NCBI GenBank assembly: GCA_040403315.1
Contig: JBBAKX010000004.1
Span: 159,658-223,657 of the forward strand
Direction of reading: 5' to 3'
Source: Flavobacteriales bacterium
Lineage (GTDB): Bacteria; Bacteroidota; Bacteroidia; M30B66
DNA length: 64,000 nucleotides
The number at the start of each line of letters is the position of its first letter. The first letter of the stretch is position 1. Positions 37,520 to 46,953 of this stretch are shown here, in pieces. The translations under genes were made by a program, and so were the position numbers. Below the pieces are notes generated by a model, which saw only the letters and a program-made list of their open reading frames with translations, was not told the origin of the DNA and did no database searches.

Positions 37520-39157
37520 ATGATCACCGTCGACAGCCTTGCAGTGGAATACAGTGGAAAAACACTTTTCAGTGGAATTTCCTTTGCCATCAATCCTACC
37601 GATAAAATTGCCCTGATGGGGAAAAACGGCGCTGGCAAGTCGACCATCATGAAGATAATTGCGGGTGAACAAAAAGCTACGAGAGGCGCAGTTCGTGCTC
37701 CGAAAGAAGCTGTAATCGCCTATTTGCCTCAGCATTTACTTACCGAAGACAATGCAACTGTTTTTGATGAAGCAGCAAAAGCATTCAAGCAAGTATTCGA
37801 GATGCGTGACGAAATGGAAAAGCTCAACAAAGAGCTTGAAACGCGCACCGATTATGAAAGCAAAGAATACATGAACATCATCGAGCGGGTTTCTGACTTG
37901 TCGGAAAAATATTATGCGCTCGAGGATATCAACTACGATGCAGAAGTTGAGAAAGCTCTGAAAGGATTAGGATTTAAACAAGAAGACCTTTATCGACCAA
38001 CCAGTGAGTTTAGTGGTGGTTGGAGAATGCGCATCGAATTGGCGAAAATTTTATTGCAAAAACCTGATCTCATTCTGCTCGATGAGCCAACCAACCACAT
38101 CGATATTGAATCGGTTATGTGGCTGGAAGATTTTTTGGTAAACAAAGCCAATGCAGTTTTAGTGATTTCGCACGATAAAGCATTTATTGATAACATCACC
38201 AACCGAACCATCGAAATCACCATGGGGCGGATGTACGACTACAAAGCCAACTATTCGCATTACATACAATTGCGTGAGGAGCGACGATCGCACCAGATAA
38301 AAGCTTGGCAAGAGCAGCAGCGTGAGATTGCCGATCATATGACATTCATTGAACGATTTAGAGGCACTTATTCTAAAACAAACCAAGTGAATTCGCGCGA
38401 AAGGATGTTGGAGAAAATTGTTCCCATCGAAATTGATGAAGTTGATTCTTCTGCCCTTCGCCTTCGCTTCCCTCCTGCTCCTCGCTCTGGCGAACATCCA
38501 GTTATGGTTCGTGAATTGACAAAAAATTATGGAGAGCTTTCGGTTTTTCAAAAAGCGAATATGTCGATCATCAGAGGTGAGAAAATAGCTTTCGTAGGCC
38601 GAAATGGTGAAGGGAAATCAACAATGATTAAAGCCCTACTCGGGGAAATTGAGATTGAAGGCGAAGTTCAACTTGGTCACAACGTAAAAGTGGGCTACTT
38701 TGCTCAAAATCAGGCTTCGCTGCTCGATTCAAGCCTCACTGTTTTCGAAACTGTTGATCAAGTAGCTGAAGGTGATATCCGCACCCAAGTAAAAAATATA
38801 CTCGGGCGATTTATGTTCAGTGGCGACGATATCAATAAGAAAGTGAGTGTACTTTCTGGTGGTGAAAAAACACGATTGGCGATGGTGAAGCTTCTGCTCG
38901 AGCCAGTGAACTTATTGATCCTCGATGAGCCTACCAATCACTTAGATTTGAAATCGAAGGATGTATTAAAAGAAGCCTTAATGGATTTCGAAGGCACTTT
39001 AATTTTGGTTTCCCACGACCGTGCTTTTTTAATGGGATTGGCGCAAAAAGTTTTTGAATTCAAAGACAAGCGTGTGATCGAACACCTTGAAACAATTGAT
39101 GAATTTCTGGAGAAAAATAGGATCAAGAATATTGCAGAACTTAATTTGAACAAATAG
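37520..39157 (+). CDS. ABC-F family ATPase (two NBDs, no TMD)
   Basis: Two Walker A sites (GKNGAGKST, GRNGEGKST), two ABC signatures (FSGGWRMR, LSGGEKTR), and an inter-domain linker. Confidence 0.85.
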   Translation: MITVDSLAVEYSGKTLFSGISFAINPTDKIALMGKNGAGKSTIMKIIAGEQKATRGAVRAPKEAVIAYLPQHLLTEDNATVFDEAAKAFKQVFEMRDEMEKLNKELETRTDYESKEYMNIIERVSDLSEKYYALEDINYDAEVEKALKGLGFKQEDLYRPTSEFSGGWRMRIELAKILLQKPDLILLDEPTNHIDIESVMWLEDFLVNKANAVLVISHDKAFIDNITNRTIEITMGRMYDYKANYSHYIQLREERRSHQIKAWQEQQREIADHMTFIERFRGTYSKTNQVNSRERMLEKIVPIEIDEVDSSALRLRFPPAPRSGEHPVMVRELTKNYGELSVFQKANMSIIRGEKIAFVGRNGEGKSTMIKALLGEIEIEGEVQLGHNVKVGYFAQNQASLLDSSLTVFETVDQVAEGDIRTQVKNILGRFMFSGDDINKKVSVLSGGEKTRLAMVKLLLEPVNLLILDEPTNHLDLKSKDVLKEALMDFEGTLILVSHDRAFLMGLAQKVFEFKDKRVIEHLETIDEFLEKNRIKNIAELNLNK

Positions 39158-39505
39158 ATCGAGCTACATTTTCTGATGTTTTTAATCAATAAAACATTTT
39201 TGTATTGCTTTACAATTAAATTGAAAACACCTCGGTTTAAAGCTGAGTGTTCTTTTATGCAATACTTAGGACTCCCTCTTTGAATTTGTAAAGTATTCAG
39301 CTTCAATAAGTTTCCTACACATCAGCTGACACACAAAAACAAGTTTGCAAGTACCTGGCTATCAAATTCTTACGACGCTATTTTACAAACTTGTTTTTAA
39401 ATGTGCACTTTAGTGAATAAATCTACAATTGCATTAAGGGCTTAAATATTTCATTATGTGATATTTAACATAGAATTTTTTCATTTTAAAAAGTTTTCCG
39501 ATTTA

Positions 39506-39524
39506 AAACGGTTATAAACGTTTA
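39506..39524. promoter_or_regulatory. Palindromic motif AAACGGTTATAAACGTTTA (copy 2 of 2)
   Basis: Near-identical to the 3236-3254 copy. Lies about 250 nt upstream of the second POT gene. Confidence 0.35.
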
Positions 39525-39774
39525 ACAGCCGAATCATGTGAACCACATCCACTAATTTTGCCAATGGAGGGAGGCTAGCGGCTGGCCCCTGATTTGGATA
39601 TTTTCTTATAGAAATCAATATAGTTAGAGTTTTTGATAGTCATGCAACTTTCATCATAAATCGTATATTCGCCCAAATCACTTATCCAAAATCACTCAAT
39701 GTGCATTTTAGCCATCATTCTAAGGCCATAAAGTGCATTGATTCTGTTAATTGAATTCTTCAAAACCATCCATA

Positions 39775-41274
39775 ATGAGCAGAGAAAACGTACTCGACGC
39801 AAACTCATCTACACCAACCAAAGGCCATCCTCCAGGATTATACTGGCTATTTTTCGCAGAAATGTGGGAACGCTTCTGTTATTATGGGATGCGCGGATTG
39901 TTGATTTTGTATCTCACCAAAACGCTCATGAAAACAGACGATGAATCTTATGCAACCTATGGGGCATACACAGCGTTGGTTTATGCAGTAACTGTATTGG
40001 GCGGTAAAATTGCCGATCAAATTTTGGGCTATCGAATTGCCATTATCATGGGTGGTATTTTAATGGCCATTGGCGAATTCCTCATTTTAGGTGGTGGAGA
40101 ATTTTGGCTCCTCCTAGGGATGGCTGTTATTATTAGCGGAAACGGTTATTTCAAAGCAAATATTTCAAGTATCGTAGGTAAGCTTTATAAAGAGGGAGAT
40201 TCTCGCCGAGACTCAGGATTTACCATTTTCTACATTGGAGTGAACCTCGGAGCCTTCCTAGCCACAACAGTTGTTGCTGAAGTTGGCAGCAGATACGGCT
40301 ACGACAAAGGCTTCCTTTTGGCAGGAATCGGGATGATCTTAGGATCTATAGTATTTGTATTTGGACAAAAGCACTATGAAGGTCAAGGATTGCCTCCAAA
40401 CCCAGAAACCCTTCACAAGCCGCTGGTTGGCCCACTATCGAGATTCCATTTAACAATTTTAGGCACTCTTGCCGCCGTTCCAGTATTCTACCTTTTGCTG
40501 AATAACTCAGAAATTGTAGGTTATTTATTGGCAGTAACAGCAATTTTCGTTATTTACAATTTACTTTCTGCAGGCTTCGCCGGAGGAAAAATACTTCGCG
40601 ACCGCATGATTGTTCTCATCCTGTTGATGCTCTTCAATATTGTGTTTTGGGCATGTTTTGAACAAGCTGGATCATCACTCACTTTGTTTGCAGATCGAAA
40701 TGTAGATCGAAATTTCCTCGGCTTTGAAATTGGAGCAGCAACTACGCAATTCTTCAATCCATTCTTCATTTTAATCTTCGGATCCATTTTCTCTGTGATG
40801 TGGGTATGGTTGTCAAGAATCGGCAAGAATCCGAATATTCCGATGAAATTCGGGCTAGGTTTGCTTCAACTTGGATTAGGTTATTTGGTAATTCAATTAG
40901 GAATTCAGTTCGTTTCAGATGATTTTCGAGTGCCACTTTTTACATTGGCTTTGCTTTACATGTTGCATACAACAGGTGAACTTTTCATCTCCCCAATTGG
41001 ATTATCGATGGTAACCAAACTGGCACCGGCTAACATGACCGGAACTGTAATGGGGGCTTGGTTTCTTTCCATTGCTGGTGCCAACTATGTTGCTGCATTG
41101 TTAGCGAAACTTACTGGTGTGGAAGAAAATGGTGGTGTTCCAGCAACTGCTGGGGAAAGTTTCACCAACTACGTTGATATTTACACCCAAATGGGATTGA
41201 TCACAGTCGGTATCGGGCTCTTGTTGGTACTCATCTCGAAACCACTCAATAAATTGATGCACGGAGTCGTGTAA
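39775..41274 (+). CDS. POT/PTR2-family peptide transporter (paralog 2)
   Basis: FAEMWERFCYYGMRG motif. Start taken at the ATG of MSRENVL; the track uses an upstream TTG. Confidence 0.8.
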   Translation: MSRENVLDANSSTPTKGHPPGLYWLFFAEMWERFCYYGMRGLLILYLTKTLMKTDDESYATYGAYTALVYAVTVLGGKIADQILGYRIAIIMGGILMAIGEFLILGGGEFWLLLGMAVIISGNGYFKANISSIVGKLYKEGDSRRDSGFTIFYIGVNLGAFLATTVVAEVGSRYGYDKGFLLAGIGMILGSIVFVFGQKHYEGQGLPPNPETLHKPLVGPLSRFHLTILGTLAAVPVFYLLLNNSEIVGYLLAVTAIFVIYNLLSAGFAGGKILRDRMIVLILLMLFNIVFWACFEQAGSSLTLFADRNVDRNFLGFEIGAATTQFFNPFFILIFGSIFSVMWVWLSRIGKNPNIPMKFGLGLLQLGLGYLVIQLGIQFVSDDFRVPLFTLALLYMLHTTGELFISPIGLSMVTKLAPANMTGTVMGAWFLSIAGANYVAALLAKLTGVEENGGVPATAGESFTNYVDIYTQMGLITVGIGLLLVLISKPLNKLMHGVV

Positions 41275-41308
41275 TTATCTTTTCAAATCGATTATACCCA
41301 ACCCAAAT

Positions 41309-42835
41309 ATGAGTAATTCGCTTGATGAAAATGAGTTAACGCAAGGAAATGCTGCTGCAATCGACTCTGAATTGAACACCATCCGCAATTTCAAAGGCCA
41401 ATATCCAAAACAACTTTGGTATTTGTTCTTCTCTGAAATGTGGGAACGCTTCTGTTTTTATGGAATGCGTGGCATGCTTACAGTTTTCATGATCGACAAA
41501 ATTGTTGGTCTTGGAATGGCAGAAGACACCGCCAATTTGCAATATGGGGCAACTCAAGCATTCGTTTATGCGTTCACATTTATTGGTGGTCTCTTTGCCG
41601 ATAAGATCTTAGGTTTCAGAAAATCGCTGTTTTGGGGCGGCTTACTCATGATCGCTGGAAGTTTAATTCTAGCGGTTGATCCTAAAGAGTTGTTTTTTAT
41701 CGGCATCAGTTTTACCATTGTAGGAACTGGTTTCTTCAAGCCCAATATTTCAACCATGGTTGGAGCACTTTACCACCAAAATGATTCAAGACGAGATGCC
41801 GGTTTCTCGCTGTTTTATGCGGGTATAAACGTTGGTGCATTGCTCGGTGGTTATGCTTGCGTAGCTATTGCAAAATCATATTCGTGGAACTTGGCATTTG
41901 GACTCGCTGCCATTGTAATGACGATTTCGCTTCTTACGTTCATATTCACCCAGAAAAGCCTCGGCCCAATTGGTCTTTCACCAATCAAAAACGCTGGTAA
42001 AAAATGGTATGAATATGCAACATATGCAGGTTCATTGTTGGCTATTCCGATCATCATGACCATGGTAGCCAAAACAGAATACACCGACTGGTTTATGTAC
42101 ATCATCGGACCAGCAACATTGGTTTATCTGTTCATTGAAATGGCAAAATATAACCGCGAGGAACAACGGAAACTCTTGGCAGCTCTCGTTTTCATTGTGT
42201 TTTCGGTATTGTTTTGGGCATTCTTCGAACAAAGTGGTGGATCGCTCAACATCTTTGCTACCAACAATCTGCATGGATCACTTTTCGGCGTTAAAGTTGA
42301 TCCGAACGGTATAAACAATTCTGCAAATTCATTCTTCGTGATTGCCTTTGCAGCATTAGTTGGACTCTTTTGGGTATGGCTCGCAAAGCGGAAAAAAGAA
42401 CCCAATACTGTTGTGAAATTCGGTCTTGGATTCATCTTTCTTTCATTGGCTTTCTACACATTTTATGCAACACGCTTCTTTGCTGATAGCAACGGGATGA
42501 CTTCGCTAGAAATGTTTACCCTCGCCTATTTCATCATCACTTTTGGCGAATTGTGTCTTTCTCCAATAGGTCTATCGATTATGACAAAATTATCGCCCCA
42601 ACCACTTCAAGGGGTAATGATGGGAATGTGGTTCTTAGCTAGTGCATACGGCCAATATGTAGCAGGCTTACTCGGAGCTGGAATGACGGTTCCTGGCGAG
42701 AATGCAACAGCATCCGAAAAATTGATTTCCTATACCGATGGCTACCAACAACTAGCTATTTATGCTGTTGTTTGTGGCGTTGTTTTGATACTTATCGCTC
42801 CTCAAGTGAAGAAACTGATGGGCAACGTGAAATAA
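41309..42835 (+). CDS. POT/PTR2-family peptide transporter (paralog 3)
   Basis: FSEMWERFCFYGMRG and FKPNISTMVGALY motifs. Confidence 0.8.
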   Translation: MSNSLDENELTQGNAAAIDSELNTIRNFKGQYPKQLWYLFFSEMWERFCFYGMRGMLTVFMIDKIVGLGMAEDTANLQYGATQAFVYAFTFIGGLFADKILGFRKSLFWGGLLMIAGSLILAVDPKELFFIGISFTIVGTGFFKPNISTMVGALYHQNDSRRDAGFSLFYAGINVGALLGGYACVAIAKSYSWNLAFGLAAIVMTISLLTFIFTQKSLGPIGLSPIKNAGKKWYEYATYAGSLLAIPIIMTMVAKTEYTDWFMYIIGPATLVYLFIEMAKYNREEQRKLLAALVFIVFSVLFWAFFEQSGGSLNIFATNNLHGSLFGVKVDPNGINNSANSFFVIAFAALVGLFWVWLAKRKKEPNTVVKFGLGFIFLSLAFYTFYATRFFADSNGMTSLEMFTLAYFIITFGELCLSPIGLSIMTKLSPQPLQGVMMGMWFLASAYGQYVAGLLGAGMTVPGENATASEKLISYTDGYQQLAIYAVVCGVVLILIAPQVKKLMGNVK

Positions 42836-42917
42836 TTATAAATCACACATTATTTCTACCGGATTGTAGTTTATTTCAGCTGTAATCCGGTATTTTTATC
42901 TTCTATAAAACCCAATT

Positions 42918-43859
42918 ATGACTCTAGTTAACCCATTATTGATTTTGCTCCTTATAGGAGTTATCTTTCTTTTTTTCTCCTTTAAAACCGTCCAACAAGG
43001 CACTATCGGCGTTGTGACTATTTTCGGGAAGTACCGAAGAATTTTACACCCAGGCCTGAACTTCGTTATCCCATTTATCGAGAATCTTTTCAAAAGGGTT
43101 TCTACTCAAAATCGATCAGTTGAACTCGAATTCCAAGCAGTTACAATCGATCAAGCAAATGTGTATTTCAAAACCATGGTTCTTTTCTCGGTGATGGATG
43201 CAGAAGAAGAAACCATCAAGAAAGTTGCCTTCAAATTCATCGATGAACGCAATCTCATGCAAGCTTTGATCAGAACCATCGAAGGATCAATCAGGTCGTT
43301 TGTTGCTACCAAAAAACAAGCTGAAGTGCTTTCTCTAAGAAGAGAAATCGTTGAACACGTGAAAGACCAGATCGACGCCAACCTAGAAGCTTGGGGTTAC
43401 CATCTTCAAGATTTACAAGTGAATGATATCACTTTCGATGAGGCGGTAATGCGCTCAATGAGTCAGGTCGTGGCTTCCAATAACCTGAAGGCTGCAGCCG
43501 AAAATGAAGGTCAAGCACTGTTGATCACAAAAACAAAAGCCGCTGAAGCTGAAGGAAATGCGATTAAAATTGCCGCCGCCGCTGAAAGAGAAGCTGCACA
43601 ATTACGCGGACAAGGCGTTGCACTCTTCCGCCAAGAAGTAGCTAAAGGTTTGAACAATGCAGCAAACGAGCTCAAACAAGCAAACCTCGATACCTCAATG
43701 ATCATGTTCAGTATGTGGACTGAGGCCATCAAGAACTTTGCTGAATATGGAAAAGGGAATGTCATCTTCCTTGACGGTTCAACCGACGGCATGCAAACCA
43801 CCATGAAACAAATGATGGGCATGAACAAGGTGATGGACGTCGATAAATCGGAAAAATGA
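42918..43859 (+). CDS. SPFH/band-7 family protein
   Basis: N-terminal TM. SPFH core. Ala/Glu-rich coiled-coil C-terminus. Confidence 0.75.
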   Translation: MTLVNPLLILLLIGVIFLFFSFKTVQQGTIGVVTIFGKYRRILHPGLNFVIPFIENLFKRVSTQNRSVELEFQAVTIDQANVYFKTMVLFSVMDAEEETIKKVAFKFIDERNLMQALIRTIEGSIRSFVATKKQAEVLSLRREIVEHVKDQIDANLEAWGYHLQDLQVNDITFDEAVMRSMSQVVASNNLKAAAENEGQALLITKTKAAEAEGNAIKIAAAAEREAAQLRGQGVALFRQEVAKGLNNAANELKQANLDTSMIMFSMWTEAIKNFAEYGKGNVIFLDGSTDGMQTTMKQMMGMNKVMDVDKSEK

Positions 43860-44380
43860 TGAGGAAACTTGTGTTGATTTTATTTTTCCTCCCGAGTTTA
43901 TTGGCAGCTCAAACTGAAGAAATTCGATGGATGAGTTTCACCGATGCAATGGAAGCATCAAAGAAATCGAAAAAGAAAATTCTGATCGACTTCTACACCG
44001 ATTGGTGCGGATGGTGCAAGAAAATGGATGCCTCAACTTTCAAGGATCCTGCTGTTGTGAAATATGTTAACGAGCATTATTATGCCGTAAAATTCAATGC
44101 AGAAAAGGAAATGCCCATCACCATCAACGATACTACATTCAGCATAGTTCCGGGAGCTGGCAGAAATGGAACACATGGGTTAGCCATTACTTTACTCAAT
44201 AACCGATTAGCATATCCAAGCTTAGTTTTTCTAGATGAAAGTTTTAACATCTTGAGTCCGTTAGCAGGATTTCAAACCAAAGAACAAATCGAAGCCCCGC
44301 TGCGTTACTTTGGTGAGAATCATTTCCGAAATCAATCTTGGGCGGATTACTCAAAGACTTACAAAAATAGCTTCCCGTAA
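43856..44380 (+). CDS. secreted thioredoxin-fold protein (WCGWCK motif)
   Basis: Signal peptide. The CxxC motif sits in a typical thioredoxin context (FYTDWCGWCKKM). Confidence 0.65.
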   Translation: MMRKLVLILFFLPSLLAAQTEEIRWMSFTDAMEASKKSKKKILIDFYTDWCGWCKKMDASTFKDPAVVKYVNEHYYAVKFNAEKEMPITINDTTFSIVPGAGRNGTHGLAITLLNNRLAYPSLVFLDESFNILSPLAGFQTKEQIEAPLRYFGENHFRNQSWADYSKTYKNSFP

Positions 44381-44389
44381 AAAGATCGG

Positions 44390-45379
44390 ATGTCGAAACA
44401 CAACCAACCAAAGTTTTTCAAAGAAACTCCCAGACCTTTACTGGTTTTCTATGTATTGGTTATTTATGTGTTTCTTCAGTTTTTGTGGTGGTCGTATTTG
44501 TTATTCGACCTCAACCAACAAATTTTCGAACTTCGAAACGAGTTAAGTTCATTAAAAACCAAAGGGTTCGAAGTTGCTGAGAGCCTACTTCAGGAGAAAC
44601 TCACTCAAAAACGTCTCATGATTTTCGGAGAAGGGATGGTGTTCATTCTTTTCCTTTCGTTAGGAATCCTCCAAATTCGAAAATCCTTCCGCCGTGAAAA
44701 TCAGGTGTCGAGACAACAAAAGAACTTTCTAATGTCGGTCACACATGAGCTCAAATCGCCTGTTGCAGCTGTGAAACTCTTCCTTCAGACATTAGGAAAA
44801 CATGAACTCGATCGAACCCGTCAACAAGAAATCATCCGCCGCGCTGTTGATGAAACAAATCGGCTCGATCATTTGATTGGCAACATTCTAATGGCTTCAC
44901 AATTAGAGAACCATGCGTTTTCTATTCGAAAGGAAAATGTCCATTTGAGTGAGCTTTGCGCTCAATTTGCTGCGGGATTCAATGCACGGTTCAACTTGGA
45001 GATTTTGAATTCGAAAATTGAAGACGAGATCTTTGTAAATGCCGACCAAGAAGCAATCCATTCGATCTTGCTAAATCTTACCGAAAATGCTTGCAAATAT
45101 GGACCTGAGAATGAAAAAGTCACGCTCCATTTATTCAGAGAAAAGGATTGCGCAGTTATTCAAGTGAAAGACCAAGGATCAGGGATTTCATCGGACGACA
45201 AAAAACGGATTTTCGAAAAATTCTTCCGCGCCGGAAACGAGGAAACCCGTCAAACAAAAGGCACCGGATTAGGACTTTATATCGTTAGAATTCTTGCTGA
45301 ACTTCATCAGGCTCAGATTAAGGTGACAAATAATCAACCTGAAGGGAGTATTTTTGAGCTCCGATTGAAATCTATATAA
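44390..45379 (+). CDS. sensor histidine kinase (2 TM + HisKA + HATPase), orphan
   Basis: H-box (SVTHELKSPVAAV). N, G1 and G2 boxes (NLTENACKYG, DQGSGI, GTGLGL). Confidence 0.8.
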   Translation: MSKHNQPKFFKETPRPLLVFYVLVIYVFLQFLWWSYLLFDLNQQIFELRNELSSLKTKGFEVAESLLQEKLTQKRLMIFGEGMVFILFLSLGILQIRKSFRRENQVSRQQKNFLMSVTHELKSPVAAVKLFLQTLGKHELDRTRQQEIIRRAVDETNRLDHLIGNILMASQLENHAFSIRKENVHLSELCAQFAAGFNARFNLEILNSKIEDEIFVNADQEAIHSILLNLTENACKYGPENEKVTLHLFREKDCAVIQVKDQGSGISSDDKKRIFEKFFRAGNEETRQTKGTGLGLYIVRILAELHQAQIKVTNNQPEGSIFELRLKSI

Positions 45380-45381
45380 TT

Positions 45382-46890
45382 ATGTCTAATAAAAAAGTAG
45401 CCCTTCTCATCTTAGATGGCTGGGGAATTGGCGATGGAACACATTCTGACGCTATCTCGAATGCCAATACACCTGTGATGGATAAGTTGATGAAAGAAAG
45501 ACCTTGGTCGACTTTACAAACTTCAGGTTTAGCCGTTGGACTTCCAAAAGGGCAAATGGGAAATTCTGAAGTGGGTCATCTAAATATTGGAGCTGGACGT
45601 GTTGTTTACCAAGAGCTGGTAAAAATCAACAACTCAACCGAAAATGGCGAAATGGCTTTAAATCCAACGCTTCAAGCAGCTTTCGCACATGCACGTGAAA
45701 ACAACAAACCTGTCCACTTTTTCGGATTATTATCGAACGGCTGCATCCACTCTTTTGATAAGCATTTGCATCATCTGATCCAGCTCGCAGAAGCTGCTCA
45801 AGTGCAAAGATTTTATGTTCATGCAATCACTGATGGACGAGATACTGATCCAAAAAGTGGCGCTGGTTTTATCGAAACTTTGGAAGAAAAACTCCTCCAC
45901 ACCCGTGGAAAACTAGCAAGCATTGTAGGAAGATATTACGCCATGGATCGCGACAAACGCTGGGAAAGAGTAAAAATCGCTTACGATGTATTTGTGCATG
46001 GAATTGGCGAACAAAGCAATAATCTGCTCGAAACGCTCAAAAGCCGATACGATGCTGGTGAAACAGACGAATTCATAAAGCCAATTGTTGCTTCAGACAT
46101 TCATGGTAAAATTCAGAATGGTGATGTAGTCATTAGCTTCAATTACCGAACAGACCGGTGTAGAGAAATTACAGAAGTGCTTACTCAGCAAGCGTTTCCA
46201 GACTTGAATATGAAGCCCTTGTCATTGTATTACGTCACCATGACAAACTATGATGCCAGCTTCAAAGATGTGAAGGTAATTTTCTCTAAAGACGACATGG
46301 AATTCACTCTGGGTGAAGTGATTTCAACAGCAGGAAGGACTCAACTGAGAATTGCAGAAACTGAGAAATATCCACACGTTACTTTTTTCTTTTCTGGTGG
46401 AAGAGAAAGTGAATTTCTGGGCGAACATCGCATTATGATACCATCACCGAAGGTTCCAACCTATGACCTTCAGCCCGAAATGAGTGCAGCAGGAATAAGC
46501 AAAGCAGTGATCGGGGATATTGAAAAATGCCAACCCGATTTTATTTGTTTGAATTTTGCCAACCCCGATATGGTGGGGCACACAGGCATTTACGATGCTA
46601 TTATAAAGGCTGTAGAAACGGTAGACAATTGTCTAGGTTCTGTTTTAGAAACACTAAGCAAATTCCAATATTCAGTAATCATCATTGCAGATCATGGAAA
46701 CGCAGATAATGTGGAGAATCCCGACGGTAGTCCAAATACAGCGCACACGACCAATCCTGTGCCTTGTATTCTAATCGACAATGAGTTCAAGCACATTAGA
46801 AATGGAAAGCTTGCTGATATTGCTCCAACCATTTTACATCTGATGCATTTGAATGTTCCAATGCAGATGAACGGCGACATTCTGGTTTAG
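45382..46890 (+). CDS. gpmI: 2,3-bisphosphoglycerate-independent phosphoglycerate mutase
   Basis: Alignable to iPGM along the full 502 aa (LLILDGWG, NSEVGHLN, ITDGRD, ADHGNA). Confidence 0.9.
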   Translation: MSNKKVALLILDGWGIGDGTHSDAISNANTPVMDKLMKERPWSTLQTSGLAVGLPKGQMGNSEVGHLNIGAGRVVYQELVKINNSTENGEMALNPTLQAAFAHARENNKPVHFFGLLSNGCIHSFDKHLHHLIQLAEAAQVQRFYVHAITDGRDTDPKSGAGFIETLEEKLLHTRGKLASIVGRYYAMDRDKRWERVKIAYDVFVHGIGEQSNNLLETLKSRYDAGETDEFIKPIVASDIHGKIQNGDVVISFNYRTDRCREITEVLTQQAFPDLNMKPLSLYYVTMTNYDASFKDVKVIFSKDDMEFTLGEVISTAGRTQLRIAETEKYPHVTFFFSGGRESEFLGEHRIMIPSPKVPTYDLQPEMSAAGISKAVIGDIEKCQPDFICLNFANPDMVGHTGIYDAIIKAVETVDNCLGSVLETLSKFQYSVIIIADHGNADNVENPDGSPNTAHTTNPVPCILIDNEFKHIRNGKLADIAPTILHLMHLNVPMQMNGDILV

Positions 46891-46953
46891 CCCATTAAAG
46901 CAAAAATCCCCGTGAGGATCGAACCTCACGGGGATTTTTGCTTTAATGTATTC

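Noticed and set aside
39561-39595. GC-rich patch (gggaggctagcggctggcccc) as a possible hairpin or terminator
   Set aside because: No clean inverted repeat or T-tract. Noted only as part of the long 5' region of POT gene 2.
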